The notes below the pieces were generated by a model. That model was not told the DNA's origin. It ran no database searches and worked only from the letters and a program-made list of their open reading frames with translations. Below, piece after piece: positions 61,036 through 64,000 of a DNA stretch of 64,000 bases. Position 1 is the first letter of the stretch. The number at the start of each line of letters is the position of its first letter. The stretch lies in sequence record CP147646.1, one strand, 5' to 3'. The position numbers and the translations under genes are program-made. The DNA comes from a plasmid.

Positions 61036-62220
61036 TTATGAGGGCAATTGTTCTGGTTTGAATGTCACATAGTAGCCAGCTTTGTCATCAACTTTTGAAA
61101 CGCCAAAGCGAAGAACTGCTTGCAAGTATTGACCGTAGATTTCGTTATCTGCCCAACGAAGTCCAAGGTCTTTGCGGTCGGCGAATAATACACCACGTTT
61201 GAAATCTCCGACAAATGCTGTATCTTTACCTAAAACCTCATCAGCTAGCACAAAAACAGGTTTTCCGAGGAATACTTTCCCAGAAACAGAAGTGATTGAA
61301 TCTTGAAGTAGGTAACGACCATTCTTATCTTTTAATGTATCCATTGTTTGATAAAAGCTTTGAGATACAATAAATGACACATTGTAAGCAGGATCTAATT
61401 CAACGTTGAGAAGCTTCTTGATTTCATCCAAGTTTTTTACTGTCTTAGCTTCAAATTCCTTGAGAACTGTTGCGATAGCGTCGTTTGTTGTATTAACTTT
61501 CATTTGACCGATTGTCTCAGCAACAATACCAACCAAGTCTACGTCTGCATCGTCAATTGATTCTTGAGACAACGGGATAGCTCCGCGGTAAGTTTTAATT
61601 TCCCATGCGACGTTTGTGAATTGTGGCTTACCTAGTTTTGGATTTTTTTCTAATTCTTCAACGCTAACCATTTTTTCAGTCGCACGTTGCAAAACTGGCC
61701 ATTTCCCAGATGCTTTTTTAGCTTGGTGGATGCTTGTGAATTGTTTCAAATCAACAACTGTCTTAACTTCACGAGCTGGTGTGTAAAGGATTTCTTCACT
61801 AGAGACAGGTTTTACATCTGTTTTCTTAACACCGTCTTTTTTAGGTTCTACGGGGGTTGTCTCATTAATAGGCATAAGTACCTCATCTTTGCCTTCAAAA
61901 CGTAAAGAATCGTTTACGATTTTACCTTTCGAACGAATGAAATCATTCACACTTTCGCGATATGTTTTTTCCTCTTGTGTCACTTCTTTTCCTCCAATAT
62001 TTTCAGCACCACCAACTTCAACGCTAGACTCATATAATTTCAAGTCGTTTTCTGATTCAACTAATTTCGCTTTAGTAGCTTCTACCTCTGCTTTAACAGA
62101 ACGAGCAGTTTCTAAGTCATCTGATTCTAAAGCAGCTTTGACTTCTGCGGTTTTAGCAGCAATCACTTTGTTTAATTCAGTGATATCCGCTTTAATTTCT
62201 TCGATTTTTTCGTCAAACAT
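61036..62220 (-). CDS. Major capsid protein (HK97 fold)
   Basis: 394-aa ORF with an N-terminal coiled-coil delta/scaffold-like segment (IEEIKADITELNKVIAAKTAEVK...) followed by the capsid body. Downstream of the ClpP-like protease. Confidence 0.8.
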   Translation of the reverse strand: MFDEKIEEIKADITELNKVIAAKTAEVKAALESDDLETARSVKAEVEATKAKLVESENDLKLYESSVEVGGAENIGGKEVTQEEKTYRESVNDFIRSKGKIVNDSLRFEGKDEVLMPINETTPVEPKKDGVKKTDVKPVSSEEILYTPAREVKTVVDLKQFTSIHQAKKASGKWPVLQRATEKMVSVEELEKNPKLGKPQFTNVAWEIKTYRGAIPLSQESIDDADVDLVGIVAETIGQMKVNTTNDAIATVLKEFEAKTVKNLDEIKKLLNVELDPAYNVSFIVSQSFYQTMDTLKDKNGRYLLQDSITSVSGKVFLGKPVFVLADEVLGKDTAFVGDFKRGVLFADRKDLGLRWADNEIYGQYLQAVLRFGVSKVDDKAGYYVTFKPEQLPS

Positions 62221-62243
62221 TTTCTTCCTCCAATAAAAAGAGC

Positions 62244-62909
62244 TTATAGCCCTTGTAAAATTTCTTCTTTTTCGATTTCTAGCAACATGTTATTAATCTC
62301 TTGCTTACGTTTGCTTCTGCTTGCGTAATAGTCATCAATAACCGCTTGTGGCAACATTTGATTGTCAATGCTTGCTATAGCTTCAAACGACATCACTTCA
62401 TCTGCAAATCCGCTCTCAACAGCATCTTGTGCTGACATAAAAGTTTCATTCCGCATTAATTGCATGATTTCATCTTCTGATTTACCTGTTTTTGCAACAT
62501 AAGCATTAACAATGGCTTTATCGCTTGATTTAAGAGCGCTAGAAGCTTTGTCCAAGTCGTCGCTATTACCAGAAACCCAATTAAACAAAGCTTTATGTAC
62601 CATCATTTGAGCCGTTGGGCTCATGATGACTTTATCAGCCCCCATCACTGCAACAGACGCTGCACTCGCAGCCATTCCTGTGATTTCTGCGGTTACTTTC
62701 CCTTTGTAATTTCGCAGAGCGGTATATATTTCGCTACCAACAGTAACGAGACCACCATTTGAATTAACTTCCAAGATAATGTCGCTATTATCTTCTGGCA
62801 ATTTGTCAATAATGCTTTTAGCACTAACAGCCTCCATGCCATAATAGTCATAGACTTCTTGTGAATTATTAGCAATTAGTGGACCTTTAAGGTTTATTTT
62901 CTTTGGCAT
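62244..62909 (-). CDS. Prohead maturation protease (ClpP-like serine protease)
   Basis: 221-aa ORF with a ClpP-family Ser nucleophile context (ITGMAASAASV) and a His (MMVHKA), between the portal and capsid genes. Confidence 0.75.
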   Translation of the reverse strand: MPKKINLKGPLIANNSQEVYDYYGMEAVSAKSIIDKLPEDNSDIILEVNSNGGLVTVGSEIYTALRNYKGKVTAEITGMAASAASVAVMGADKVIMSPTAQMMVHKALFNWVSGNSDDLDKASSALKSSDKAIVNAYVAKTGKSEDEIMQLMRNETFMSAQDAVESGFADEVMSFEAIASIDNQMLPQAVIDDYYASRSKRKQEINNMLLEIEKEEILQGL

Positions 62910-64000
62910 TTACCTCACCCCTTTTCCCTTTGACTCCAACTTGATCTTGATATTCTTCTTTTTTATCCAAGAACACGTAATTGAGACTAGACTGGTACCT
63001 ATCCATGTTAGGGTCTTTTGATTTTTGCTTACCAAGTTCAACCAATCCTTGATTAGGTGTCAAAATTTGGTTATTAACCAATTTGACAATTTCATCGACA
63101 TTGCGACCCGTGACGCTTCGTGTATCGAATTCAACATGATACAGTCGCCTGTCTCCATCGTTAAGCGTTTTAAGCCCTATTTCGCTCGTTATAGCGTCAA
63201 AATAGAATGGCAAGTCATTTGTTACGTAATCTTCCATTAATTGCGCTACAGACTGATTAGGACTGTTTACGCCCAACTTATAACTTGGCACGCGCAACGC
63301 TTTTGCTATTTGAGCCGTACTAAAGTTATTACTTGTGATTAATTGCAATACGTTAGTATCAATTTCAAGTGGCGTATATTCCATTGTGCTGTCAAAAACT
63401 AGTGGACTCCCTCCAACAGATCCCTCACGCATTTTCTCAAAGTCTTGTCTTGCTCTTTGACGCGCTTCTCCACTTAATTGAGCACCTTTCATAGTTAAGA
63501 TACCACCAGAAAAACCATCTTTGAAGAATTTAATTAAGGTATTGATACCACCCGTTTGTAAGTCTATCTCATCGCCTAGCGATAATAGCGGAGACCTTCC
63601 GAGTATTGTGTCATGGCTGAAGAATTTCCAGTGAATAACATCGTGTGCAAAACATTTTATCTCTTTAGCAGTCAAAGTATCCGTAAATGTATAGATGATT
63701 TCGTGGTTTTCTGTTTCTTCAACAGTAGTTTCAGACGGTCTATAAAACTGAAATTGTAAAGCTTGACCAGTTTTAGGGTCTCGCAAGATACGAGAAAACG
63801 AATTACCTGTTAAAATTGCATTAACAGCCATGGCAAACTTCCATGTCCTAGCACTTGCGTTGTTTGTGGACTTTACATTTAATAGGTAGTTAATATCCTC
63901 ATCGTGGATAATATCCCCGTTTATATCCTTTTTAACGAGCGGAAAACGAGCTATATCACCAGCTATAATAGACGTAGCTGTCAAGACATCGCTATTTTTT
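62887..64000 (-). CDS. Portal protein. The N-terminus probably lies beyond the window; the track ORF starts at an internal Met at 63984.
   Basis: More than 365 aa directly upstream of the protease with a 23-nt overlap. The portal-protease-capsid order is characteristic of HK97-like modules. Confidence 0.6.
   Translation of the reverse strand, partial: KNSDVLTATSIIAGDIARFPLVKKDINGDIIHDEDINYLLNVKSTNNASARTWKFAMAVNAILTGNSFSRILRDPKTGQALQFQFYRPSETTVEETENHEIIYTFTDTLTAKEIKCFAHDVIHWKFFSHDTILGRSPLLSLGDEIDLQTGGINTLIKFFKDGFSGGILTMKGAQLSGEARQRARQDFEKMREGSVGGSPLVFDSTMEYTPLEIDTNVLQLITSNNFSTAQIAKALRVPSYKLGVNSPNQSVAQLMEDYVTNDLPFYFDAITSEIGLKTLNDGDRRLYHVEFDTRSVTGRNVDEIVKLVNNQILTPNQGLVELGKQKSKDPNMDRYQSSLNYVFLDKKEEYQDQVGVKGKRGEVNAKENKP

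Larger units (their letters stand above)
42979..64000 (-). mobile_element. Siphovirus-type prophage, late/lysis half plus moron region. It continues beyond the window end and the left boundary is uncertain (somewhere in 41.7-44.3 kb).
   Basis: Collinear portal-protease-capsid-connector-tail-TMP-Dit-Tal-fibre-holin-lysin array on the minus strand. GC is higher than the flanking AT-rich accessory stretch. No integrase or att site is visible in the window. Confidence 0.6.

Overview
This window reads as low-GC Streptococcus DNA and looks like S. agalactiae. The basis is a 434-aa LysM protein that matches my recollection of GBS Sip, the PcsB, streptococcal purC-L-F-M-N-H, plsX/acp, prs and hrcA-grpE-dnaK-dnaJ gene sets, and two CIRCE elements.

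Almost everything is on the minus strand. Left to right the window holds:
- the tail of a nanE/sugar-ABC (sialic-acid-type) cluster
- sip and a zoocin-like M23 peptidase
- the purine operon with a GNAT gene inserted between purN and purH
- acp, plsX, a CPBP protease, recO, an aminotransferase, prs and pcsB
- a 14-gene tRNA operon (no rRNA) with a perfect consensus sigma-A promoter
- an alpha/beta hydrolase, pyrG, rpoE, tig and mscS (plus strand)
- a UPF0340 gene, an ECF S-component, a PdxK/ThiD kinase, truA and a MocR/PdxR-like regulator
- dnaJ, dnaK, grpE and hrcA, preceded by two promoter+CIRCE units
- three cell-envelope enzyme genes

From about 41.7 kb the sequence turns AT-rich and accessory. 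It contains a small conserved gene, a strong-promoter 41-aa hydrophobic/basic peptide that I read as a candidate type I toxin, a CsbD-family gene, and a translationally coupled two-gene module. That module is a GHKL/HATPase_c ATPase plus a small STAS-like (DUF4325-type) protein with its own promoter, placed in the moron slot directly downstream of a prophage lysis cassette.

From 44.3 kb to the window end is the late region of a siphovirus prophage. It runs from the portal through prohead protease, HK97-type capsid, connectors, major tail, gpG/GT with a canonical -1 frameshift, tape measure, Dit, Tal-lysin, fibre and holins to a CHAP+GH25+SH3b endolysin, and continues beyond the window. I see no CRISPR array, IS element or rRNA.

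Hand-derived coordinates for tRNAs, promoters, terminators and small ORFs may be off by 1-2 nt.
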